NCBI GenBank assembly: GCA_019694335.1
Contig: JAIBCD010000003.1
Location: 16,113 to 80,112, forward strand
Direction of reading: 5' to 3'
Length of the DNA: 64,000 bases
Origin: Rhodospirillaceae bacterium
GTDB lineage: Bacteria; Pseudomonadota; Alphaproteobacteria; Rhodospirillales; Rhodospirillaceae
Position numbers and translations under genes: made by a program
Shown here: one piece after another, positions 38,195 through 46,302 of the stretch
Layout of the letters: each line of letters begins with the position of its first letter
Position numbering within the stretch: the stretch's first letter is position 1
The notes under the pieces: model-generated
What the model was told of the DNA's origin: nothing
Database searches by the model: none
What the model saw: only the letters and a program-made list of their open reading frames with translations

Positions 38195-39811
38195 CTACCG
38201 GCGTTGCAGCAGCCCGACCAGGCCCCGCACCCCCGCGCCGTTTTCCATCCGGAGCGTGACGGCGCGCGACGCGGCCGGGGCAAGCCCATGCGCAGCCGCG
38301 AGATCCTCGACATATTTCTGCGAATGGCCGAAGCGGCCGGTACGCTGAAGCTTGTAGCGCCCGTCCGCCAACACCTCGATCGAATAGGCCAGCATGCCGC
38401 CGGGAACCAGGGCGCCGGCGATCAACGGCATCAGCGGCGCAAGATCGCCGACATAAACAAACAGATCGATCGCCGTGATGAGGTCGAAGGCGCCGATGCG
38501 CGCGGCCAGAACTTCCGTGGCTTCGCCGGCAATCACCTCGTCGTAGACTCCCTTCGCCCGGCTGACGTCCGCCATCCTTTCCGCGACATCGACGCCGACG
38601 GCGCGCGTGAACGCGTAGGTCTTGGCGAGCGCCTCCGCCACCAGGCCGGTGCCGCAGCCGAGATCCAGAAATTGCTTGAAAGATTGAGGACCGGGCTTGG
38701 CCTCGGCCAGAAGCGCGGCGATCTCCTCGGGCGCGCGGTATTTGAGCGGCCCGGCCATCGTGCGGTCGTACTTGGGCGCGGACCAGTTGAACAGCTGGCG
38801 CGCGTAGCCCGCAGGCACGGTGCGGACGGGCTCGCCGTTGACCGCGGTGAGCATATGGCGGGCTTCCAGGTTATCCGGCTCGATAGCAAGGATGCGCTGG
38901 AGGATCTTCTCGGCGGCGCGCGGATTGTTGGCCGCGTTTTCCGCCATCGCCAGATCGGTCAGCACCACCACCGTTCCGGGTTCGAGGTCGGCGGCGATCC
39001 TGAAAATTCCCACCGCGCCCTCGATTTGCCCGGCTTCCAGGAGCACGTTCCCCAGGACCGAATATGCGGCAACCAATGTGGGATCCAGGTCGATGGCCTG
39101 GCGCGCGGACTGAACCGCGCGCTGCAGGCTGCCGATCTGATGATAGAACCGCGCCATGCTCGTGTGGGCGCCGGCGTTGGACGGATCGAGAGCGATCGCA
39201 CGCAGCAGGAGCGCCTTCCCTTCCACGAGATCCGATCCCGCGGCAAGGAGACCGCCCAATTTGAGATAGCCACGGGCGTCATCCGGCTTGAGTACCGTCG
39301 CCCTGCGATAGGCGGCAAGCGCTTCGTCGCGGCGGCCGGTCTGAAGGAGGGCGTCGCCCCGCGCGAGGGCGGCATCGAGATTCATGGGCTGGAGCGACAA
39401 GCTCTGTGCGAAGGCGGCTTCGGCACTTTCCCAATCGCCGGTGCGTGCACGGAGACTGCCCAGGGCGAGCCACATCGCCGCATCATCGGCGCGCAACGCC
39501 AGGTATCTTTCCACGCCGCCGATAGCGCGTCCGAGCTGACCCGTGCCGGCATAAGCATCGGCCAGGGCGGTCACCAGCGTGGCACTGACGTTATTTTCGG
39601 CCACCGCGCGCTCGAGCATCACGAGCGCCTCGTTCACTTCACCGCTGGCACGCAACCCCCCGGCGGCGGCCACGATGGCTTCCTTGCCGGGAAAGAGCAC
39701 GGGCAGGCGGCGGTAGATCGCGATCGCCTCGGCGACGGCGCCGCTCTTGCGCGCCGCGTTCGCCGCCGTCAAAGCCTCGCGCGCGCTGGCGAAATTAGAT
39801 GTCTGGTTCAT
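38195..39811 (-). CDS. TPR-repeat protein fused to class I SAM-dependent methyltransferase
   Basis: Trimmed to MNQTSNF at 39811. About 330 aa of TPR-like repeats are followed by the SAM motif LDLGCGTGLVAEAL. Confidence 0.7.
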   Translation of the reverse strand: MNQTSNFASAREALTAANAARKSGAVAEAIAIYRRLPVLFPGKEAIVAAAGGLRASGEVNEALVMLERAVAENNVSATLVTALADAYAGTGQLGRAIGGVERYLALRADDAAMWLALGSLRARTGDWESAEAAFAQSLSLQPMNLDAALARGDALLQTGRRDEALAAYRRATVLKPDDARGYLKLGGLLAAGSDLVEGKALLLRAIALDPSNAGAHTSMARFYHQIGSLQRAVQSARQAIDLDPTLVAAYSVLGNVLLEAGQIEGAVGIFRIAADLEPGTVVVLTDLAMAENAANNPRAAEKILQRILAIEPDNLEARHMLTAVNGEPVRTVPAGYARQLFNWSAPKYDRTMAGPLKYRAPEEIAALLAEAKPGPQSFKQFLDLGCGTGLVAEALAKTYAFTRAVGVDVAERMADVSRAKGVYDEVIAGEATEVLAARIGAFDLITAIDLFVYVGDLAPLMPLIAGALVPGGMLAYSIEVLADGRYKLQRTGRFGHSQKYVEDLAAAHGLAPAASRAVTLRMENGAGVRGLVGLLQRR

Positions 39812-39972
39812 GGGGGCCTGATACCCGAAAGCGGCCCGCAGCAAAAGCCTTGTCGCGGGCCTTACACGGTATTGTAGGGATACGGGGCTGCGCGGCGAGG
39901 TTGTGAGGGCCCGGGGAGCGGGCTATCTTCACGCATGGACCTTGCGCGCGGGCGCAACCCTCGGGAGTTTTC

Positions 39973-40407
39973 ATGACCAAGATCCTCGTTATCCACGGCG
40001 CGGGGATGAACATGCGCGGCAAGGTGCAGGTCGAGGTCTACGGACCCCTGACCCTGGCCGATTACGACGCGCGTATTCGCGACTACGCCAAGGCCTTGGG
40101 GATTTCGGTCGAGACCTTCCATTCGAATATCGAAGGTGAGGTCATCAACCGCATCTATGCCGGTGGCGATGACGGGTTCGCCGGCGCGCTCATCAATCCG
40201 GCCGGCTATATGACCGGCTACCCTGCGCTGTGCCTGGCGATTTCGCAGGTGGCTTATCCGACCATCGAGGTCCACATCTCCAACCCCGCCAAACGCGGCA
40301 TCGTTTCGGATGTCGGCAAGGTATGCCGGGCGACCGTCGCGGGCTTCGGAATCAGCGGCTACGACCTGGCCTTGAAAGGCCTGCAAGGTTTGATTTCAAA
40401 AGCCTGA
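39973..40407 (+). CDS. Type II 3-dehydroquinate dehydratase-like protein (divergent)
   Basis: 144 aa. Overall AroQ pattern: KILVIHGAGMNMRG...YG, HSNIEGEVINRI, LINPAGY and IEVHISN. It deviates from the canonical NGPNLN..., THTS and HAREEFRHHS segments. Confidence 0.6.
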   Translation: MTKILVIHGAGMNMRGKVQVEVYGPLTLADYDARIRDYAKALGISVETFHSNIEGEVINRIYAGGDDGFAGALINPAGYMTGYPALCLAISQVAYPTIEVHISNPAKRGIVSDVGKVCRATVAGFGISGYDLALKGLQGLISKA

Positions 40408-40522
40408 GAGACCTCTTTTGTGCGGTGCACCAGGGCCTGAAAGGGCTCAGCATTTTCTCGCCAAATGGCTTATGCTCCGCCCCCGAGAACCCAGCCGTCT
40501 TTCCCCTAGGAGGAGAACCGCC

Positions 40523-41107
40523 GTGAACCGTTTTCTTGCCACCCTACTCGTCTCCAGCGCGCTCGCGCTGCCCGCCGTCGCCGCGCTCAAGAACGGCGAA
40601 AAGGCTCCTGACTTTTCCGCCAAGGCCTCGCTGGCCGGCAAAGAATTCAACTTCTCGCTCAAGGACGCGCTGAAGAAGGGTCCGGTGGTGGTGTACTTCT
40701 ACCCCGCCGCCTACACCAAGGGCTGCAACATCGAAGCTCACACCTTCGCCGAGAACAAGGAGAAGTTCGACGCGGTCGGCGCCACCATCATCGGCGTGTC
40801 ACAGGACAGCATCAAGCGCCTGAACGACTTCTCGGCCGATCCGGAATACTGCGCCGGCAAGTTCCCGGTGGCGTCCGACGCCGACGGCAAGATCACCAAG
40901 TCGTATAACCTGACGGTGCGGGAACTCACCGCCGGCGCCAAGGACACGCGCGGCGTCGAACTCGACCATCACTTCACCGAGCGCACCACCTTCGTGATCA
41001 CGCCCGACAGCAAGATCATCGCCACCCTGTCGTCCGCCGACGACAAGATCAGCCCGGCCGACCATGTCGACAAGTCGCTGGCGATCCTGCAGGGCATCAA
41101 AAAGTAA
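40523..41107 (+). CDS. Secreted peroxiredoxin (AhpC/TSA-redoxin family)
   Basis: GTG start at 40523 preceded by AGGAGAA. The signal peptide is VNRFLATLLVSSALALPAVAA, and VVVYFYPAAYTKGC contains the peroxidatic Cys. Confidence 0.75.
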   Translation: MNRFLATLLVSSALALPAVAALKNGEKAPDFSAKASLAGKEFNFSLKDALKKGPVVVYFYPAAYTKGCNIEAHTFAENKEKFDAVGATIIGVSQDSIKRLNDFSADPEYCAGKFPVASDADGKITKSYNLTVRELTAGAKDTRGVELDHHFTERTTFVITPDSKIIATLSSADDKISPADHVDKSLAILQGIKK

Positions 41108-41125
41108 GCCTGATTTTCGCGAAAT

Positions 41126-41162
41126 GGCCCGGGTGGAGAAATCCGCCCGGGCCTTTTTCTTT
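41126..41162 (+). terminator. Intrinsic terminator between convergent genes
   Basis: GGCCCGGG-12-nt loop-CCCGGGCC followed by TTTTTCTTT. Confidence 0.7.
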
Positions 41163-41163
41163 C

Positions 41164-42009
41164 CTAAGGGGCCGCGAACCACCCCTTGAGCATCTCGAGG
41201 ATCTTGTCCTTGGCCGCACCGTCCCAGATCTCGATATGGCCGCACCCCGAAAGGGCCACCATGGTCTTCGGCTCGTGCGCCTCGGCGAACAGCGCGGCGC
41301 CTTCGGCGAACGGCACCGTGCGGTCGGTATCGCAATGAATCAGCAGCAACGGCGCATCCATCGCCGCGATGCGTCCGATCGAATCCCAGGTGTCGCGCAT
41401 CAGGAAGGACGCGGGCAGCCAGGGGTACCGCTGCTGGGCGACATGCAGCGCCGATGAGAACGGTGAGTCGAGGACGACGCCCGCTTCCTTGACTTGCGCC
41501 GCCAGGGCCACCGCGACGCCGGTGCCGAGGCTGGTGCCGAAAATCGCGATCGGCGCGCCGGGCGCCGACGCCTTGATGAAATCGTAGCCCGCGCGCGCAT
41601 CGGTAATCAGCCCGGCTTCGCTTGGCCGTCCCGTGGACCCGCCGAAGCCGCGGTAGTCGATCGCCAGAACGCCGAAGCCGGCCGCGGCCATGTCACGCGC
41701 GCGCGTCGCGATATATTCCTGAGAACCGAGGCTGCCGAGCTGTCCGTGCAGGTACAACACCACGCCGGCGCCCGCCGGCGGCGGCGCCCACCACGCGGCC
41801 AGCGTTTCGCCGTCGGGGGTTTTGATCCTGACGCCCGTGAACGCCGTGAGGCCCCTGGCGGCGGGCGCGGTGTCGTCGCGCGTCGCGGGATAGAGCAGAT
41901 CGTCCTGATGAAGATAGAACCAGGTCAGTACGCCGGCATAGGCGAGCAGCGCGAGGCCGAGGACACTCGCGGCAACAATGGCGGTGATGCGTTTCGATCT
42001 TGATGTCAT
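41164..42009 (-). CDS. Alpha/beta-fold hydrolase with N-terminal membrane anchor
   Basis: 281 aa with nucleophile elbow GTSLGTG, plus later D and H (CGHIE) residues. It is BEM46/ABHD-like. Confidence 0.75.
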   Translation of the reverse strand: MTSRSKRITAIVAASVLGLALLAYAGVLTWFYLHQDDLLYPATRDDTAPAARGLTAFTGVRIKTPDGETLAAWWAPPPAGAGVVLYLHGQLGSLGSQEYIATRARDMAAAGFGVLAIDYRGFGGSTGRPSEAGLITDARAGYDFIKASAPGAPIAIFGTSLGTGVAVALAAQVKEAGVVLDSPFSSALHVAQQRYPWLPASFLMRDTWDSIGRIAAMDAPLLLIHCDTDRTVPFAEGAALFAEAHEPKTMVALSGCGHIEIWDGAAKDKILEMLKGWFAAP

Positions 42010-42064
42010 GCGCTACCCCTGCGGTAGCGGCATATCACGGCGATGGCGGCGGCAGGAATCGCGT

Positions 42065-42283
42065 TTAGTTGAAACCCGCGTCTTCGACGGCGTCGAGCCA
42101 GGCCTCGAGCTGGGCACGGCCGCTTTGCGAGGCGACGATCGGCACCGCCTGGCGGGCCAGCGCGTTCAACCAGGCCTCGACATCGGCTTGGGCCGCTTGG
42201 TGCGCCCCCCGCCCGAGATCGCCCATGATGAAGGTGAGCGAGCAATCCGGCGCCGCGGTGATGCTTTCGAACTGGACGCCCAT
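42065..42283 (-). CDS. Small hypothetical protein (72 aa)
   Basis: ORF trimmed to MGVQFESITAAP. I recognise no family; coding status is uncertain. Confidence 0.3.
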   Translation of the reverse strand: MGVQFESITAAPDCSLTFIMGDLGRGAHQAAQADVEAWLNALARQAVPIVASQSGRAQLEAWLDAVEDAGFN

Positions 42284-42379
42284 GACAACTGTCCCGGTTA
42301 TGCCGCCCCGAAGACCGGGCCGGCAGACTGGGACTATCGGGCGGGAAGGGTTAACAAATCTTAAAATCCCGCAAAGCAA

Positions 42380-42413
42380 ACGGGCCCGCGCATGGCATGA
42401 TGCGCGGGCCCGT
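42380..42413 (-). terminator. Probable intrinsic terminator after the HiPIP gene
   Basis: The minus strand reads ACGGGCCCGCGCAT-CATGCC-ATGCGCGGGCCCGT followed by TTGCTTTGC. Confidence 0.55.
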
Positions 42414-42436
42414 AAAACTTGTCTTATAGGCGGCTT

Positions 42437-42754
42437 TTAGCCCTTAGGCGCCCAGGAGTCGCAGTGCCCTTTGGCGTTGGCGGGACCGGTGAAGATCATG
42501 CACTGGCCGCAGCCGACGTTAGCCGCGTCCGGGGTGAAGAACCCGCACTTGCCGCAGGCCTGGTTCTGATCGGTGTGAACTTCCACATAGTTCAGCGACA
42601 TGCGGATGCTCTTCTGGCCGCCGTCCATGGCCTTTGGATCGGCGCAGACTTTTTGCTCGGCCGCCGCGGCCGTGCCAGTGGCAGCAATGATCGCGCCACC
42701 CACCGAAATCTGGACGCCGCGTTCCAGCAGCTTACGGCGCGAAATCGTAGTCAT
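42437..42754 (-). CDS. High-potential iron-sulfur protein (HiPIP) with Tat signal
   Basis: ATG at 42754 is preceded by AAGGAGG. The twin-arginine leader is MTTISRRKLL. Four Cys sit in HiPIP-like spacing (ACGKCGFF...GCGQCMIF...GHCDSW). Confidence 0.75.
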   Translation of the reverse strand: MTTISRRKLLERGVQISVGGAIIAATGTAAAAEQKVCADPKAMDGGQKSIRMSLNYVEVHTDQNQACGKCGFFTPDAANVGCGQCMIFTGPANAKGHCDSWAPKG

Positions 42755-42820
42755 AGCTCCCTCCTTCACTTGATGACCGCGAGTACCGCAGTCTCGAACA
42801 GATTCTTGGGGTCCAATTGT

Positions 42821-42836
42821 GATCCAAATATGGATC
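42821..42836. repeat. Perfect 6-4-6 inverted repeat GATCCA-AATA-TGGATC upstream of the HiPIP gene
   Basis: Read directly from the sequence, about 70 nt upstream of the HiPIP ATG. A second 6-5-6 palindrome, TTGCGA-GTAAT-TCGCAA, lies at 42941-42957. Confidence 0.8.
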
Positions 42837-42989
42837 GCAGCAGTGTCGCGAACCGCGACGGACCATCCTTAACCCCTGTCCGCGCGATCTAATTTCGCCG
42901 TGATAGTAACGGCTTAGCTATGAGCCAACAAGTTTTGAAGTTGCGAGTAATTCGCAAGTCACGCGATCTTGCGCGCCTCCTGTTTGGTC

Positions 42990-43034
42990 GCGTGTCCGGA
43001 CGGAAAACCGGAAGTCCACTTTTCCTGGACACGC
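42990..43034. repeat. 45-nt imperfect-palindrome (REP-like) element, copy A
   Basis: GCGTGTCCGGACGGAAAACCGGAAGTCCACTTTTCCTGGACACGC. The outer stem is GCGTGTCC/GGACACGC and the inner stem GGAAAA/TTTTCC. It ends 1 nt from the TAG stop (43036-43038) of the minus-strand gene. Confidence 0.8.
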
Positions 43035-43035
43035 T

Positions 43036-43701
43036 CTAAAACGGTTTGGCCGCGCCGAGATAACCGATGGCGGCGAGCAGCACGAACAGGAGCGCCATGG
43101 ACTTCAACGTGTTGCCGAGCGCGCGCGCCACCGCCTCCTCGCGCTCATAGGTCGAGCCTTCCTCGCGAATTTCGGCGAACGGCAAGACAAAAGGATGAAA
43201 ACTGAGTTCGGCGGCAATCGCCACCCAGAACACGACGCCGATCAGGAACAGCTTGGCCGCGAACCACGGATCGTCGATCGGCGAACCGGTGGCGAGTGAA
43301 TTGAGGCCGTAAGCGACGAAGCCCATGCCCGCCAACACCTCGAATGTGATCTCGGCGTAGCTCAGGCCCTTGGCCAGCGGGGTACCGCGATTGCGCGCGC
43401 CGATCACGATCAGGACCACCCAGATCACCCCCGCGATCCAGAACGCCGCGCGGAACATCGGATTCACGGGGTAAACACTCAGAGCCTGGGTGAGTTCGAT
43501 GCCCGCGGGCAGCATCGCCGCGAAACTGAGGCGCGGAATGACATGAAGCTGCTGCGCCAGATTGACGCAAGCTTCCCGCACGGCGAACGGACGCTCGGGT
43601 TGTTTCACCACCATCAGCGCCATGAACACGCCGATATCCGGCCCGAGCCACAGCGCGAACAGCAAGATGTGCAGATATCCCCAGGTCGATGCGCTTTCCA
43701 T
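43036..43701 (-). CDS. Integral membrane protein of unknown function
   Basis: 221 aa with an ATG start and about 6 hydrophobic segments. I recognise no family. Confidence 0.5.
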   Translation of the reverse strand: MESASTWGYLHILLFALWLGPDIGVFMALMVVKQPERPFAVREACVNLAQQLHVIPRLSFAAMLPAGIELTQALSVYPVNPMFRAAFWIAGVIWVVLIVIGARNRGTPLAKGLSYAEITFEVLAGMGFVAYGLNSLATGSPIDDPWFAAKLFLIGVVFWVAIAAELSFHPFVLPFAEIREEGSTYEREEAVARALGNTLKSMALLFVLLAAIGYLGAAKPF

Positions 43702-43729
43702 GGCCGTCCCCCGCCCAAGCTTAACACGC

Positions 43730-44323
43730 CTATTCAGGCGATGCGCGCGTCTCGCGGCGGCGGAGCATGAGCACCGCCGTGGCGGCGATGAACACCAGCG
43801 TCAGGACATCCCTGACGGCGCCAAGCACCACTTTGACGTTATGTACCTGGACCACGAATTCGACCGCGCCGGCATAACCCTCGCGGCCGCGTTGCTGCAA
43901 CAAGCCGAGCACGGCGTGATGCTCCGCCAGTTCGAAGGCCGCCACCGCGACCGGCAGCAGCATGATCCCGCCCCGCGTCAAGAATCCAAAAAACGGATTG
44001 GGTGCGCGCAGATGCAGCCAGCGCCACAGCACCACCGTGGTGAACGCGATCACCAGGGAAACCGGGATGTCCGTCATGACGAAGGCGCCATAGAGCCGCC
44101 CCAGGGGATGCCCACGGGCCGCGCCCACCTGGATCACCAGCATGCCCTGGTTCAACCGGCCCTGAAGATCGAACGGCAGATAACCCAGTTCGTGCGAGAA
44201 CATCGCCGCCGCGATCAGCCAGCGCACCGCGAGCGCGCCGCCAAGCGCGGCAAGAAAAAGCAGGGCGCCGCGGCGCGAAGGGCCTTGTGCCCACCACGCG
44301 TTGAGGCGCCCCCCCTTGGTCAA
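43730..44323 (-). CDS. Integral membrane protein of unknown function
   Basis: 197 aa with a TTG start overlapping the marC-like TGA (TTGA). It is hydrophobic; the start is uncertain. Confidence 0.4.
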   Translation of the reverse strand: MTKGGRLNAWWAQGPSRRGALLFLAALGGALAVRWLIAAAMFSHELGYLPFDLQGRLNQGMLVIQVGAARGHPLGRLYGAFVMTDIPVSLVIAFTTVVLWRWLHLRAPNPFFGFLTRGGIMLLPVAVAAFELAEHHAVLGLLQQRGREGYAGAVEFVVQVHNVKVVLGAVRDVLTLVFIAATAVLMLRRRETRASPE

Positions 44324-44961
44324 ATGGTCCCCAACACCGGAAAGCTCGTACGTAATCCTTCGACGATATTGTTCACCGCCAGCGCCGCCAACACGATGCC
44401 GAGCACGCGGGTCATCACGTTGATGCCGGTGACGCCCAGTACCGTCATGATCGGACCCGCCGCGAGAAAGCCGATGCCGGTGATCGCCAGCACGCCCACC
44501 ATCACACCCGCGGTCACCGCCTGGGCGAGCAGGTCGCCGTTGTTCTGGGTTTGCAGAAGGATGGTCGACGCAATCGCGCCGGGACCGGCGATCAGGGGAA
44601 TGGCGAGCGGGAACACCGCCACGTCCGGGCGACGGTGGGTGGCTTCCTCCTCTTCCTTGGCGGTGGTCGCGCGGATGCCGCTTTCTTTCACGACCACCAT
44701 GTCGATCGCCAGCAGGAACAGGAGCGCGCCGCTGGCGATCCGGAACGCGCCCAGCGTCACGCCGAGATAGTGCAGCAGGGGCTGCCCCAGGACCGTGAAC
44801 ATCAACAGGATGATCGCGGCGATGCTGACGCTCTTCACGGCCGTGCGGCGGCGGGCGTCCTTATCGAACCCCACGGTCAGGCTCAGGAAGAACGGCACCA
44901 CGCCGATCGGGTCGATCACCACGAAGAAATTGGCGAAAGCGGTGAGGGCGGTTTCGAGCAT
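44320..44961 (-). CDS. MarC/UPF0056 (NAAT) family membrane protein
   Basis: 213 aa. MLETALTAFANFFVVIDPIGVVPFFLSLT is the typical MarC N-terminus. Confidence 0.8.
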   Translation of the reverse strand: MLETALTAFANFFVVIDPIGVVPFFLSLTVGFDKDARRRTAVKSVSIAAIILLMFTVLGQPLLHYLGVTLGAFRIASGALLFLLAIDMVVVKESGIRATTAKEEEEATHRRPDVAVFPLAIPLIAGPGAIASTILLQTQNNGDLLAQAVTAGVMVGVLAITGIGFLAAGPIMTVLGVTGINVMTRVLGIVLAALAVNNIVEGLRTSFPVLGTI

Positions 44962-45087
44962 GGGCTCACTGTAATTGATCGGTGGCCGTCATGCCCAGGG
45001 GCACGCGAAATCCGCTCGCGTTTCGCTGCCACGGTGTTGCCCCGGGGCTGCCTTACCCTTGCCCAAACAGCCGGCCATATTCGGACC

Positions 45088-45381
45088 ATGGCACAAGCTG
45101 TGGCTCATGACCGCAGGCGGCTTCCCCGCCCGACGCTGGCGCGGATCGCCGCCTTTTTCTGCATCGCCGGCGCATCCGCGGCCCTGACCCTCGCTGGATG
45201 GACTTTGTTCCTCGACCAGATGGCGTCCGTACGCGGGTTCAAAGACCTTTTGATCACAGTGATCCTGCAGTCCGGCCTGGTGGTGCTGGGCCCCCTGCTG
45301 CTGTGGGCCTATCTCACGCTCATGCCGAAGGGCCTGTTAACCGCGATCCTCCGCCGGCTCGGCAGACCGTTCCGTTCCTGA
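45088..45381 (+). CDS. Small membrane protein (97 aa), hypothetical
   Basis: Only the 3' part of track ORF 44551..45381 is kept, because the rest is antisense to the marC-like gene. The retained part starts MAQAVAHDRRRLPRPTLARIAAFFCIAG... and has 2-3 TM segments. Confidence 0.35.
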   Translation: MAQAVAHDRRRLPRPTLARIAAFFCIAGASAALTLAGWTLFLDQMASVRGFKDLLITVILQSGLVVLGPLLLWAYLTLMPKGLLTAILRRLGRPFRS

Positions 45382-45445
45382 ACCGGCCCTTGCAGGCGTT
45401 CAACGGCCTCGGGCAATATCGCGTCGGACCGATTGAGGGTGCTCG

Positions 45446-45652
45446 ATGAAGAGTTCCTTGCTCACGGGATTTCGCGCCCTGGCGTTCGCGTTGGGGGTTT
45501 CCATCCTTTTGTTCGTGAGCGGCCGGTTCGCGATCAAGTCCTCGCGCGACGTCACCTTGTTCGTGCTGGGACTGGTGGCTTTTTGGGTAGTGATCGAAAA
45601 GGTCTTCCTGAACCTGCGCAAGGCGAAGGCCGTCAAACCGCCGCATCCATAG
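45446..45652 (+). CDS. Small membrane protein (68 aa), hypothetical
   Basis: MKSSLLTGFRALAFALGVSILLFVSG...LFVLGLVAFWVVIEKVF has two TM segments. Its 3' end overlaps the convergent chaC-like gene by 20 nt. Confidence 0.35.
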   Translation: MKSSLLTGFRALAFALGVSILLFVSGRFAIKSSRDVTLFVLGLVAFWVVIEKVFLNLRKAKAVKPPHP

Positions 45653-46202
45653 CTTTCGCCAGGTCGAGCAGCCGGTGCAGACGGCTGTCGCCGATGCCCA
45701 GTCCGTCGAGATGCGCCACCAGGCTCGCGAGATAATCCAGGCTGCGCCCTTGCGAACCGCGCCCGGCGACAATTGCCGCGGCCTTCTCGGCATCGCTCCA
45801 CCCGCCCACGAACTGCCGATGCGCTGTGTCGGCGACATAGCCGCGCGCCGGGACGGTGCGTCCGTCCTCCAGCGTCACGGGCAGCATACGCGTATGATAG
45901 ATGTCGGTGATGAGCTCACGCTCGTCCAGGTAAGCGATGACCGCGTCCGCATCGGCCGGCGCCACCCGGAAGGCGCGGCCCCGGCAGACACCGCGCGCGT
46001 CCTCCATCAACCCGCACACCAAACCGGGGGTCTCCGGCGTGCCGCGATAGTGGATCGACAGGAAACACATGTCGCGCACAAAACCCGAAACGCGCGCGGC
46101 CTGCATCTCCAGGAACGAAAATCCCGGCCGCCACATCAGCGAGCCGTAGCCTAACACCCACAGGCCATCGTGATCTTCTTTAGGGGAGGCATCTTCGATC
46201 AT
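45633..46202 (-). CDS. ChaC-family gamma-glutamylcyclotransferase
   Basis: 189 aa with LWVLGYGSLMWRPGF and the downstream E-containing motif. Confidence 0.8.
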   Translation of the reverse strand: MIEDASPKEDHDGLWVLGYGSLMWRPGFSFLEMQAARVSGFVRDMCFLSIHYRGTPETPGLVCGLMEDARGVCRGRAFRVAPADADAVIAYLDERELITDIYHTRMLPVTLEDGRTVPARGYVADTAHRQFVGGWSDAEKAAAIVAGRGSQGRSLDYLASLVAHLDGLGIGDSRLHRLLDLAKAMDAAV

Positions 46203-46302
46203 GGCCGCGTTGTACCCGTGTCGTGCGCGGGGTCAACGGGCAGCCTCCCGGGTTGCCACGGGAGTCCGCGCCAGCGTAAAAACAGCCATGGTCGGGTGGT
46301 GA

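Noticed and set aside
44551-45087. 5' two-thirds of the 276-aa ORF 44551..45381
   Set aside because: It is antisense to the MarC-family gene and has a highly charged, non-membrane composition. Only the 3' 97 codons downstream of an ATG in the intergenic region were kept, at low confidence.
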